Source of the DNA: Candidatus Cloacimonadales bacterium
GTDB taxonomy: Bacteria > Cloacimonadota > Cloacimonadia > Cloacimonadales > JAIOQZ01
Assembly (NCBI GenBank): GCA_963665015.2
Contig: CAXXSY010000003.1
Location: forward strand, 64,373 to 128,372
Direction of reading: 5' to 3'
Length of the DNA stretch: 64,000 bases
How positions within the stretch are numbered: position 1 is the first letter of the stretch; each line of letters begins with the position of its first letter. Below the pieces are notes generated by a model that was not told the DNA's origin, ran no database searches, and saw nothing but the letters and a program-made list of their open reading frames with translations. Shown one piece after another: positions 53,443-61,695 of the stretch. Position numbers and translations under genes: made by a program.

Positions 53443-54324
53443 GTGAAAGGAATCATACTTGCCGGTGGAAGCGGGACACGTCTGTATCCTGCCACGAAGG
53501 CCGTAAGCAAACAACTCATGCCCGTTCACGACAAGCCCATGATCTACTATCCGCTATCGGTGCTGATGCTTTCCGGTATCCGCGATATCCTGATCATCTC
53601 GACGCCGGAGAGCCTGCCGATGTTCCAGAAACTACTCGGCGACGGCAGCGAATTCGGGCTGAAATTCAGCTACATCGAACAGCCCAGGCCGGAAGGGATC
53701 GCGCAGGCGTTCATCCTCGGCAGGGACTTCATCGGCGACGACGACGTGTGCCTGATTCTGGGCGACAATATCTTCTATGGCGACAAGCTGAACAGCTATC
53801 TGCTCAAAGCGGTCAGGACGGTGGAAAGCGATCGCAGTACGGTTGTGTTCGGATACTGGGTTAAAAACCCGCAACGCTACGGCGTGGTTCATTTCGACGA
53901 GGACCGCATCGTCCTGGGGATCGAAGAGAAACCGGAGAAGCCGAAGTCGAACTACGCGGTCGTGGGACTGTATTTCTACCCCAACGACGTGGTCAGGGTC
54001 GCGCAGGATATCAAGCCCTCCTGGCGCAACGAACTCGAAATTACCGACGTGAACAGGGAATACCTCGCGCAGAAGCGCCTCAAGGTCGAGATTCTCGGTC
54101 GCGGCTATGCCTGGCTCGATACCGGAACCCACGAATCGCTGGCGGATGCGTCGGTGTTCGTTAGGGCGCTGGAAGAGCGGCAGGAACTCAAGATCGGATG
54201 CCCGGAAGAGATCGCCTTTCGTCTGAAATACATCACGCGGGAACAGCTCAAAGAGAAAGCGGAAACAATGAAGAACAACCAGTACGGGCAGTACCTGTAC
54301 TCGCTACTCGAATGGATCAAATAA
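53443..54324 (+). CDS. rfbA: glucose-1-phosphate thymidylyltransferase
   Basis: [18 protein letters not shown]...[17 protein letters not shown] and LGDNIFYG motifs. Confidence 0.93.
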   Translation: MKGIILAGGSGTRLYPATKAVSKQLMPVHDKPMIYYPLSVLMLSGIRDILIISTPESLPMFQKLLGDGSEFGLKFSYIEQPRPEGIAQAFILGRDFIGDDDVCLILGDNIFYGDKLNSYLLKAVRTVESDRSTVVFGYWVKNPQRYGVVHFDEDRIVLGIEEKPEKPKSNYAVVGLYFYPNDVVRVAQDIKPSWRNELEITDVNREYLAQKRLKVEILGRGYAWLDTGTHESLADASVFVRALEERQELKIGCPEEIAFRLKYITREQLKEKAETMKNNQYGQYLYSLLEWIK

Positions 54325-54326
54325 CG

Positions 54327-55361
54327 ATGAAAAAAATCAAATTTGCACTGGTTGGATGCGGCCGAATCTCGAAGAACCACTTCGAGGCGATCAAACAGCT
54401 CGAACACGGACAGATCGTCGCGTGCGCGGACATCGTCGATGACCGCGCGAAAGAGACGGCGGAGAAATACGAAATCGACCGCTATTACACGGACTATCTC
54501 GAGATGCTGGACAAGGAAAGACCGGACGCCGCCATCATCTGCACGCCGAGCGGTCTCCACCCGGAAATGGGGATCGAGGCGGCAAACCGCGGAATCAACG
54601 TCATCACCGAAAAGCCGATGGCCATCCAGCTCGAGGACGCCGACAACCTCGTCAAGGCATGCGACCGCAACCACGTTATGCTGTACGTCGTCAAACAGAA
54701 CCGGCTCAACACCACCATGCAACTGCTCAAATCGGCGATCGACAAGGGCCGCTTCGGACGCATCTACATGGTCCAGTCCAACGTGTTCTGGCAACGCCCA
54801 CAGGAATACTACGACCTCGCGAAATGGCGCGGTACCTGGGAATTCGACGGCGGTGCCTTCATGAACCAGGCGAGCCACTACATCGACGCCCTGCACTGGC
54901 TGATCGGCGAAGTGGATCACGTTCTCGCCGAGACCGCCACCATGGCACGGAAAATCGAGACCGAAGACACCGGCTCGGCTATCCTCAAGTTCCGTAGCGG
55001 CGTGATCGGCACCATCAACGTCACCATGCTAACCTACCCCAAGAATTTCGAGGGCTCCATCACCATCCTGGGCGAAAAAGGAACCGTCAAAATCGGCGGT
55101 ATCGCGGTCAACAAGATCGAAAAATGGGAATTCGAAAACTACGACGACGACGACCGAATCATCTCCGAATCGAACTACCAGCCGCCCAATATCTACGGCT
55201 TCGGACACATCCCGTACTTCAAGAATGTCATCGACACGCTGATGGGAAGCCCCAAACCGCATACCGACGGACGCGAAGGCAGAAAATCGCTCGAGATCAT
55301 CCACGCAATCTACCGCTCCGCCAAGAACGGCACCAAGGTCGCGCTCCCGCTGGACTACTGA
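54327..55361 (+). CDS. Gfo/Idh/MocA-family sugar-nucleotide oxidoreductase
   Basis: Start at 54327 (MKKIKFALVGCGRISKNHFEAI, a Rossmann fold). EKPMA motif. It sits in an rfbA context. Confidence 0.7.
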   Translation: MKKIKFALVGCGRISKNHFEAIKQLEHGQIVACADIVDDRAKETAEKYEIDRYYTDYLEMLDKERPDAAIICTPSGLHPEMGIEAANRGINVITEKPMAIQLEDADNLVKACDRNHVMLYVVKQNRLNTTMQLLKSAIDKGRFGRIYMVQSNVFWQRPQEYYDLAKWRGTWEFDGGAFMNQASHYIDALHWLIGEVDHVLAETATMARKIETEDTGSAILKFRSGVIGTINVTMLTYPKNFEGSITILGEKGTVKIGGIAVNKIEKWEFENYDDDDRIISESNYQPPNIYGFGHIPYFKNVIDTLMGSPKPHTDGREGRKSLEIIHAIYRSAKNGTKVALPLDY

Positions 55362-55418
55362 TCCGCAAATTACCCGAGGTTGTACGTTTCCCGATGATCG
55401 TGCTGTAAAGGATAGTAA

Positions 55419-55456
55419 CCCTTTCTCACCCCCCTGACAAAGGGGGAATAAGGGGG
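55419..55456 (-). repeat. REP/MITE-like repeat, left-arm copy
   Basis: The rc reads cccccttattccccctttgtcaggggggtgagaaaggg. Compare 8519-8557, ccccctttaatcccctcttgtcagggggggtgagaaagcc. Confidence 0.7.
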
Positions 55457-56014
55457 TTTTTCATCTTGAAACATTGAACGAAAACAATGATGCAGTCTCA
55501 TCACGGACTCGCAGACTCAATCCACAACCATACAATAAAAAAACAACAACCAATACATATATTATAATAAAATATTGTAACATTTCACCCATCTTCAGAT
55601 TTTACAGGAGACTACCATACATCCCCCGCACCGATTTCCTTAACACATCACATAAACACATGCAATAAAATATCTTACGAATCAATTTCATCCCAAGTCT
55701 ATCGTGCCGGAAATTTTTTTTACCCCTATTCCTCACAATCCGTTTTTTCCATGTATCGCATTACGATAATGGACTTTTCCACAAAATAGAAATCCCGGGG
55801 TGAAGCGCATAATACATTGATAAATATCAAATTATAAACATCGAGATTTTCAGCTCTCATGGTTTACGGAAAACAAACGCGGCTTGACAAATATCCTTCG
55901 TGTGTAGAATCTTGGAAGGTTGGACAATGAACAACTGCCAACAATACGGATTTCACCGATGCCGGAAATCGGGTGAAATCGCAAACACGGGATTGTTGTG
56001 CCAAAATTATTGGA

Positions 56015-56125
56015 TGTGGATAAATCAAGGGGTGCCAGAAGGAACGTTGATCTGAATCTGTTGTTGTTATTGAAATTAAGGTATTCCAAGTCCCATCGGT
56101 AATGTGTGGATAAGTTTGTGGATAA
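56015..56125. promoter_or_regulatory. DnaA boxes upstream of dnaA
   Basis: Perfect tgtggataa (rc of TTATCCACA) at 56015-56023, 56105-56113 and 56117-56125. A one-mismatch box, ttttccaca, lies at 55775-55783. A long AT-rich tract spans 55470-55860. Confidence 0.7.
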
Positions 56126-56165
56126 CTTGCCCGGAGAATTTGAAGAAACATTCCGAGGAGTCTTA

Positions 56166-57500
56166 ATGGAAAGAGATCAGGACATTTGGGAAAATGTATT
56201 AAATACACTGGAAGATCATATAAATCCGAAGAGTTTCAAGACCTGGTTCAGCGATACCAAGCTCATTGATATCGATAACAACATCTTGCTGGTACAGGTA
56301 CCGACGAAATTCACCGCCGACTTCCTGAATCAGAATTACACCATTCTGTTATCCGAGATATCTTACAATCTTTACAAAAAGGAATACAAGGTTCGCTTTA
56401 CGAATTACCCGCTCAAAAAGCAGAAGAACGGCAGCTTCCGGCTCAACGGCAACCAGCAGCAGAGCAGCGGCAAGCTCAACCCGAAATACACCTTCGACCA
56501 GTTTGTCGTGGGCAAGAGCAACAACTTCGCTCACTCCGCGTCCATGGCAGTCGCCGAGTCGCCCGGAACCGCCTACAATCCGCTGTTCATATACGGCGAA
56601 TCGGGCATGGGCAAGACCCATCTCATGCAGGCGATCGGCAACTTCCTGGGTGAGGAACAGAGCTCGAGATGCGTCTATTACACCACGGCGGAGGAGTTCA
56701 CAAACGAGATGATCGACGCGCTGAAGACCAAGAACATGACCGAGTTCAGGAACAAATTCCGCAACGTCGATGTCCTGCTGGTGGACGATATCCATTTCCT
56801 GGCCGGCAAGGAGAGCACGCAGGAAACCTTCTTCCACACCTTCAACGCGTTGTATGAGAACAAAAGGCAGATCGTGATCACCAGCGATCGACCGCTCAAG
56901 GACATCCACGACCTGGAGAAGCGACTGGTCACGCGGTTCGAGTGGGGACTAATGGCGGATCTGAAAAGCCCCGATTTCGAAACGCGCGTCGCCATCCTGA
57001 GCAAGAAATCCGAGAACGAAGACATCTTCCTGCGGGAGGACGTCGTCGGCTTTATCGCCGAATTCGTCTCCAGCAACGTCCGGGCGCTGGAAGGCTCGCT
57101 GATCCGTATCCTCGCGTACGCGTCCTACAACAACCTCAATACCGAGGACATCGATCCTGAACTGGCGAAAGAGATACTATCCGATCTGATCTCCGAGAAG
57201 ATACGGGATATCAATCTGGATACGATCATGCAGAAGGTCTGCGACATGTACGACGTCACGCCCAGGCAGTTGATGGACAAGACGCGCAAGAAGAACATCG
57301 CATTCCCGAGGCAGGTCGCCATGTACCTCTCCAACCTCCTGATTCCGCAGGCGTCGCTGAAGGAAATCGCAGAATATTACAAGCGGAAGGATCACACGAC
57401 GGTCCTGCACGCCAAGAAGATGATCGAGAACCAGTTCCGTTCGGACAACAAATTCCGCATCCAGATCGAGCTACTGATCAAGGAAATCAAGAATCCCTGA
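56166..57500 (+). CDS. dnaA: chromosomal replication initiator protein DnaA
   Basis: The start at 56166 gives MERDQDIWENVLNTLEDHINPKSFKTWF. Walker A GESGMGKTHL, LLVDDIHFL, and the C-terminal DNA-binding DHTTVLHA. Confidence 0.95.
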   Translation: MERDQDIWENVLNTLEDHINPKSFKTWFSDTKLIDIDNNILLVQVPTKFTADFLNQNYTILLSEISYNLYKKEYKVRFTNYPLKKQKNGSFRLNGNQQQSSGKLNPKYTFDQFVVGKSNNFAHSASMAVAESPGTAYNPLFIYGESGMGKTHLMQAIGNFLGEEQSSRCVYYTTAEEFTNEMIDALKTKNMTEFRNKFRNVDVLLVDDIHFLAGKESTQETFFHTFNALYENKRQIVITSDRPLKDIHDLEKRLVTRFEWGLMADLKSPDFETRVAILSKKSENEDIFLREDVVGFIAEFVSSNVRALEGSLIRILAYASYNNLNTEDIDPELAKEILSDLISEKIRDINLDTIMQKVCDMYDVTPRQLMDKTRKKNIAFPRQVAMYLSNLLIPQASLKEIAEYYKRKDHTTVLHAKKMIENQFRSDNKFRIQIELLIKEIKNP

Positions 57501-57524
57501 TCCGGTTTCCATGATTTTATATAT

Positions 57525-57572
57525 CACTGCATTTCAACGAACTACCAGTCTTGAAATCGCAGTGTTTTTTTT
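57525..57572 (+). terminator. intrinsic terminator of dnaA
   Basis: cactgcatttcaa (57525-57537) pairs with ttgaaatcgcagtg (57551-57564) with a 1-nt bulge, followed by a T8 run. Confidence 0.75.
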
Positions 57573-57584
57573 GGGTCGAAGCGT

Positions 57585-57846
57585 TTATCCACTTATCCAC
57601 ATGAAAAGGTGTCGATCGCTGTGGATAACGATTGAAATTCCTTTGACAAATTCGATGATCGTGGATAAGTGACGTGTTATTCAAGAGTAATCCACGGGTT
57701 ATCCACATTTCCCGTGATATTGTAAATGGTAACACGGTAGCGGTTTCACCGTTACTGATGCAGGGTTATCACCATATCCACAGCCCTTGTTATTATTATT
57801 ATCTCTATGTATTATGTATAAAATAGAAATCGTATAAGGAATATGT
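57585..57846. other. candidate oriC (DnaA-box cluster plus AT-rich unwinding region)
   Basis: Boxes: ttatccact 57585-57593, ttatccaca 57593-57601, tgtggataa 57620-57628, cgtggataa 57660-57668, taatccacg 57688-57696, ttatccaca 57699-57707, atatccaca 57774-57782. An AT-rich stretch (ttgttattattattatctctatgtattatgtataaaatagaaatcgtataagg) follows at 57787-57840. Confidence 0.75.
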
Positions 57847-59079
57847 ATGAAGCGATATCTCGCGCTGCTCATCGCAGTCGTTCTGCTCGGTGCCGGATGC
57901 ACCAATAACTCGAATCACACCGGATACACCGATGAAATCCTGAAGCTGGAAGACGTCATCGTTTCCGGAAACCTGGTCGATAATATCTGGAATTACCGCG
58001 ACACCGTGCAAACCTACTCCGGTGCTACCGTCACCACTGTGGGCAATAGCCGGAACATCCGTTTGCTTACCCTGATGCGCTGGAGAAGTCTTCCCTCGGA
58101 TGCGCAGGCTCTTTCGGCGACGTTGACTATCAAGCCATCGACAACCCACACTCCGGACGCCATGAATATTGAGATCGCCAGACTCGACGAAAACTGGAGC
58201 GAGGACGAGGTGACCTGGACCTATACCGATTCGGACGTGCTGTGGGAAAATGTCGATCACCAGTACGAATCGATCGCCACCCTCGATTATTCTCCCGAAT
58301 CCGATACCGTGTCGGTCGATTTTCCGCTCGAACTTCTCCAGGACTGGCTGGACAATGTTACCGGGATGAACAACGACTCCGAAGTGGAGACGAACAACTT
58401 CGGTATCGTCCTCTTCTCCGATACCCCGGACCAGTTCATGGAAATCTATACGATGGATTCCGATTACGGTCCTGTACTGCAATTCGACTACATCGTCGAT
58501 GGCGATACCCTGACCTACTCGAGCACGACAATCGACGATGTCACCATCTACAACGATCCGGATGAAGACAACACGTTGGGTGAAGCGTTCGACGGAATGG
58601 TCATCTCCAATATGTATCCCTATCGAACGGTGATAAAGCTCGATTTCGACCACGAGGTATTCGACCGGGCCCTGACCGATGCCGGAATGAACGGTATGGA
58701 TGCGGGCGATTACAGATTGACGACCGTGAACATGGCCGAATTGATCTTCGACATCGATGTGGACCAGTCGTACATGGTGGATGGAACCTATGCTGTGCAG
58801 GCGTACATGATGTTGAACGACAATCCGTCGATCCCGCTGGTCTATACCGAAGATTACAAGTACTATTCCGGCAACAGCGTATCGTATTTCGATTCGAATA
58901 CAAGTCAGTTGCGGGTTGAAGTCACCTCGATGATTCAGGCGATCATGGCGGGAGGAGCCGTCAATTACGGTTTCCTGATTCGTTCCATCGAGGAGGATCG
59001 CGATTTGGGTCGCATCATTTCGACAACCGAACCCCAACTCGAAATCAAATTCACCAGACCTTTCGTCGAGGATTTCTGA
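57847..59079 (+). CDS. lipoprotein, possibly DNRLRE-type domain
   Basis: MKRYLALLIAVVLLGAGC lipobox. LTIKPSTTHTPDAMNIEIARLDENWSEDEVTWTY resembles the DNRLRE-domain hallmark. The + strand is preferred over the equal-length antisense ORF 57805-59037. Confidence 0.45.
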   Translation: MKRYLALLIAVVLLGAGCTNNSNHTGYTDEILKLEDVIVSGNLVDNIWNYRDTVQTYSGATVTTVGNSRNIRLLTLMRWRSLPSDAQALSATLTIKPSTTHTPDAMNIEIARLDENWSEDEVTWTYTDSDVLWENVDHQYESIATLDYSPESDTVSVDFPLELLQDWLDNVTGMNNDSEVETNNFGIVLFSDTPDQFMEIYTMDSDYGPVLQFDYIVDGDTLTYSSTTIDDVTIYNDPDEDNTLGEAFDGMVISNMYPYRTVIKLDFDHEVFDRALTDAGMNGMDAGDYRLTTVNMAELIFDIDVDQSYMVDGTYAVQAYMMLNDNPSIPLVYTEDYKYYSGNSVSYFDSNTSQLRVEVTSMIQAIMAGGAVNYGFLIRSIEEDRDLGRIISTTEPQLEIKFTRPFVEDF

Positions 59080-59080
59080 T

Positions 59081-59884
59081 ATGAAGAACTACATCATTTT
59101 CCTGTTGGTGATCACCCTTCTGATCGTTTCCTGCGGGAAGAAGGAGACTGCTCCCAACGGAACGGTCATCGCGCAGGTCAACGACGCGGTGCTGTTGCTG
59201 GAAGATTTGCAGTCCGAGTATTCGCCCGAAGCGTGGAATGCGCTCCCGACTCCGGAGAAGCAGGAAGTCGTTAACCAGTGGAAGCGGCTGGCGCTGCTCA
59301 GTCAGGAAGCGAAGAACATGCAGCTCGATCAGCATCCCGCCGTCCGTATGAAGCTGGACACCGCCCGGATGAAAGTCCTGTCCAACGCGGTACTGGCGCA
59401 GCGAATCCGGCAGATCGACGTGTCGGAGGAAGAGGCGTTCGAGTATTACAAGCGTAATTATCTGACCGAGGAGACCGAGCTGAAGATTCAGCGTATCTTC
59501 GTCAAGACGCGCGAGAAGCTGAAAGAGGTGCAGGAGGCGATCCGCGGCGGCATGAAGTTTACCGACGCTGCGACGGCGTACTCCGAGGAAGCGATCGGCA
59601 AGAACGGCGGCTGGGCCGGCTTCAAGTCGCGCAAGGAACTCGGCGATCGAATCTGGAACGAATTGATGAAGCGGAACCCGTGGGAGTATGCCGTGGTTCA
59701 GGTCGATAACGGATACTACCTTATCCTGCATTACAGAAGCCGCAAGGTTCCGTCGCAGGCGGCGGACTTTGAAGATGTCAAGGCCGAGATCGAAGAGAAG
59801 CTCCGTATGGACAAGATGAAGAACGAGACGGACGAGTTCATCCGCGAACTGGAAAAGAAAGCCAATATCGTCACCAACGTATAA
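59081..59884 (+). CDS. PpiC/parvulin-type peptidyl-prolyl isomerase-like lipoprotein
   Basis: Lipobox LLIVSCG. A SurA-N-like segment (VIAQVNDAVLLLEDL) and a degenerate rotamase region (IQRIFVKT...GGWAGF...). Confidence 0.55.
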   Translation: MKNYIIFLLVITLLIVSCGKKETAPNGTVIAQVNDAVLLLEDLQSEYSPEAWNALPTPEKQEVVNQWKRLALLSQEAKNMQLDQHPAVRMKLDTARMKVLSNAVLAQRIRQIDVSEEEAFEYYKRNYLTEETELKIQRIFVKTREKLKEVQEAIRGGMKFTDAATAYSEEAIGKNGGWAGFKSRKELGDRIWNELMKRNPWEYAVVQVDNGYYLILHYRSRKVPSQAADFEDVKAEIEEKLRMDKMKNETDEFIRELEKKANIVTNV

Positions 59885-59906
59885 AAGAAAATAGGAAAGC
59901 AGTCGA

Positions 59907-61178
59907 ATGAGAACAGCACGCATACTATGGATTACACTGATCCTGGCCGTTTTGAGCGTATCCGCCGGCGCGGAAGTTCTGGACCGGATCGTCGCCAAGA
60001 TCGGCAGGGAAATCATTCTGGAGAGTGAACTTCAGACGCAGATCATGCAGATGCAGAGCATGAAGATGATGCCGCCGGACATGACCGAGATGGATGTCCT
60101 GGATCAGATGATCGAGTCGCGCCTCATCATCCAAAAAGCCAGAGATGAAGAATATTCGGTCGATGATTCGAAGATCAAGATGCTGGCGCAGGAAGAACTG
60201 GACAAGGTGGAAGAGCAGTTTCCGTCCCGCGAGGCGATGGAACGCGAGATGCAGAAAGCCGGGCTCACCTACTACGATCTGAAGAAAATCTATCAGGATC
60301 GTATCCGGGAGGAGCAACTCAAACAGCAGATTTTTCAGCAGGAAATCCGCAGCAAGGTCACCGTCACCGAGGCGGAGGTCGAGGAATACTACGAAGAGAA
60401 CCGCGACGATATCCCGTTGCGCCCGGAAAAGGATCAGATCGGCATGATCATGCGGAAGATCGAAGCCAGCGAGGAAACCCGCGAGAGGGCGCTGCGTGAG
60501 ATCAGCGAGATATTGGACGAGCTACGCGAGGGCGCGGATTTCGCGGAACTGGCGAAGGAACGAAGCGATTGCCTCAGCGGAAAGAAGGGCGGTGATCTCG
60601 GATTCTTCGGCCCTGGCCAGATGGTGCACGAATTCGAGAAGGCGGCCTACGAGCTGCGCCCGGGGCAGATCAGCGACGTGGTCGAGACCCAGTTCGGTTA
60701 CCACATCATCAAGGTGGAAGAACGGGACGGCACGAACGTGCGTGCGCGGCATATCCTGAAGCAGGTGGTCTCGTCGGAGACGGACGTCGATGCGGAGATT
60801 CAGTTGATGCAGAACGTGCTGCAAAGGCTGCGCGAGGGCGAGGATTTCCACGAGCTGGCGAAGGTCTATTCCGAAGACGACTCGACCGCGGTTCGCGGCG
60901 GCGTGATGGGAGAATTCACCGTCGATGAGTATCCGGAGATGTTCAAGGAGCAGCTTGTAAAGCTCGACTACGGCGAGTACACCGATTTGATCCGGCAGGA
61001 CGAATTGCTGTACATCTTCGGCAAGCTGAAGACAGTCCCGGAACGACCCTACGAATACACGGAAATCCAGGAACGACTGTACGGCTACGTGGAGAACATG
61101 AAGCAGATGGAAATCTACGAAGACCTGATCCGGCAGTTGAAAAAAGACAAGTACGTAGAAGTATTCCTCGAAGAGTAG
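59907..61178 (+). CDS. surA: SurA-like periplasmic chaperone / parvulin PPIase
   Basis: Signal peptide, VLDRIVAKIGREIILESEL (SurA N-terminal domain), and a parvulin domain GGDLGFFGPGQMVHEFEKAAYELRPGQISDVVETQFGYHIIKV followed by a second ARHIL...GGVMGEF domain. Confidence 0.75.
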   Translation: MRTARILWITLILAVLSVSAGAEVLDRIVAKIGREIILESELQTQIMQMQSMKMMPPDMTEMDVLDQMIESRLIIQKARDEEYSVDDSKIKMLAQEELDKVEEQFPSREAMEREMQKAGLTYYDLKKIYQDRIREEQLKQQIFQQEIRSKVTVTEAEVEEYYEENRDDIPLRPEKDQIGMIMRKIEASEETRERALREISEILDELREGADFAELAKERSDCLSGKKGGDLGFFGPGQMVHEFEKAAYELRPGQISDVVETQFGYHIIKVEERDGTNVRARHILKQVVSSETDVDAEIQLMQNVLQRLREGEDFHELAKVYSEDDSTAVRGGVMGEFTVDEYPEMFKEQLVKLDYGEYTDLIRQDELLYIFGKLKTVPERPYEYTEIQERLYGYVENMKQMEIYEDLIRQLKKDKYVEVFLEE

Positions 61179-61188
61179 AACGAAATCG

Positions 61189-61647
61189 ATGAAAAAACTG
61201 TCCGTTTTTATCGCGACATTCTTTTATACGGGATATTTCCCGGTGGCACCCGGTACGTTTGCAAGCCTGATCACTGCCGGCATCTACCTGATCCTTTCCT
61301 CGCGCATGGTCGGCGCGACACAGACAACGCTCTGGATCATCGCCGTCGGTACGTCGCTCGTGAGCATCGTCTTCAGCGATATTGCCGAGCGTGTGCTCGG
61401 TCATGACGACGGGCGTATCGTGATCGACGAGGTTTGCGGCTATCTTGTTGCGACCCTGATGCTTCCGCAGACGATCCTCACCGCCGCGCTGGCCTTCGTG
61501 CTGTTTAGATTCTTCGATATCGTGAAACCGTTTCCCGTGAAACAATTGCAAAAACTCACCGGTGGCATGGGCATCACCGCCGACGATCTCATGGCGGGTA
61601 CGATCAGCAATATCATCCTGCAAATCCTGTATCGATTCGTTTTGTAA
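61189..61647 (+). CDS. pgpA: phosphatidylglycerophosphatase A
   Basis: FFYTGYFPVAPGTFASL, DEVCGYL, FRFFDIVKPFP and DDLMAG motifs. Confidence 0.88.
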   Translation: MKKLSVFIATFFYTGYFPVAPGTFASLITAGIYLILSSRMVGATQTTLWIIAVGTSLVSIVFSDIAERVLGHDDGRIVIDEVCGYLVATLMLPQTILTAALAFVLFRFFDIVKPFPVKQLQKLTGGMGITADDLMAGTISNIILQILYRFVL

Positions 61648-61656
61648 AAGGGAAAA

Positions 61657-61689
61657 CCCCCCTTAATCCCTGTTGAGAGATTCAGGGGG
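61657..61689 (+). repeat. REP/MITE-like repeat, right-arm copy
   Basis: cccccttaatccctgttgagagattcagg (61658-61686) is identical to the rc of 8592-8620. It lies between convergent gene ends. Confidence 0.8.
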
Positions 61690-61695
61690 TATTCA

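Noticed and set aside
57805-59037. A 410-aa ORF on the - strand, the same length as the + strand ORF 57847-59079.
   Set aside because: It is an antisense shadow. It is rich in I/D/R/H/G/V and has no signal peptide, motif or SD. The + strand product has a clean lipoprotein signal (LLGAGC) and a sensible composition.
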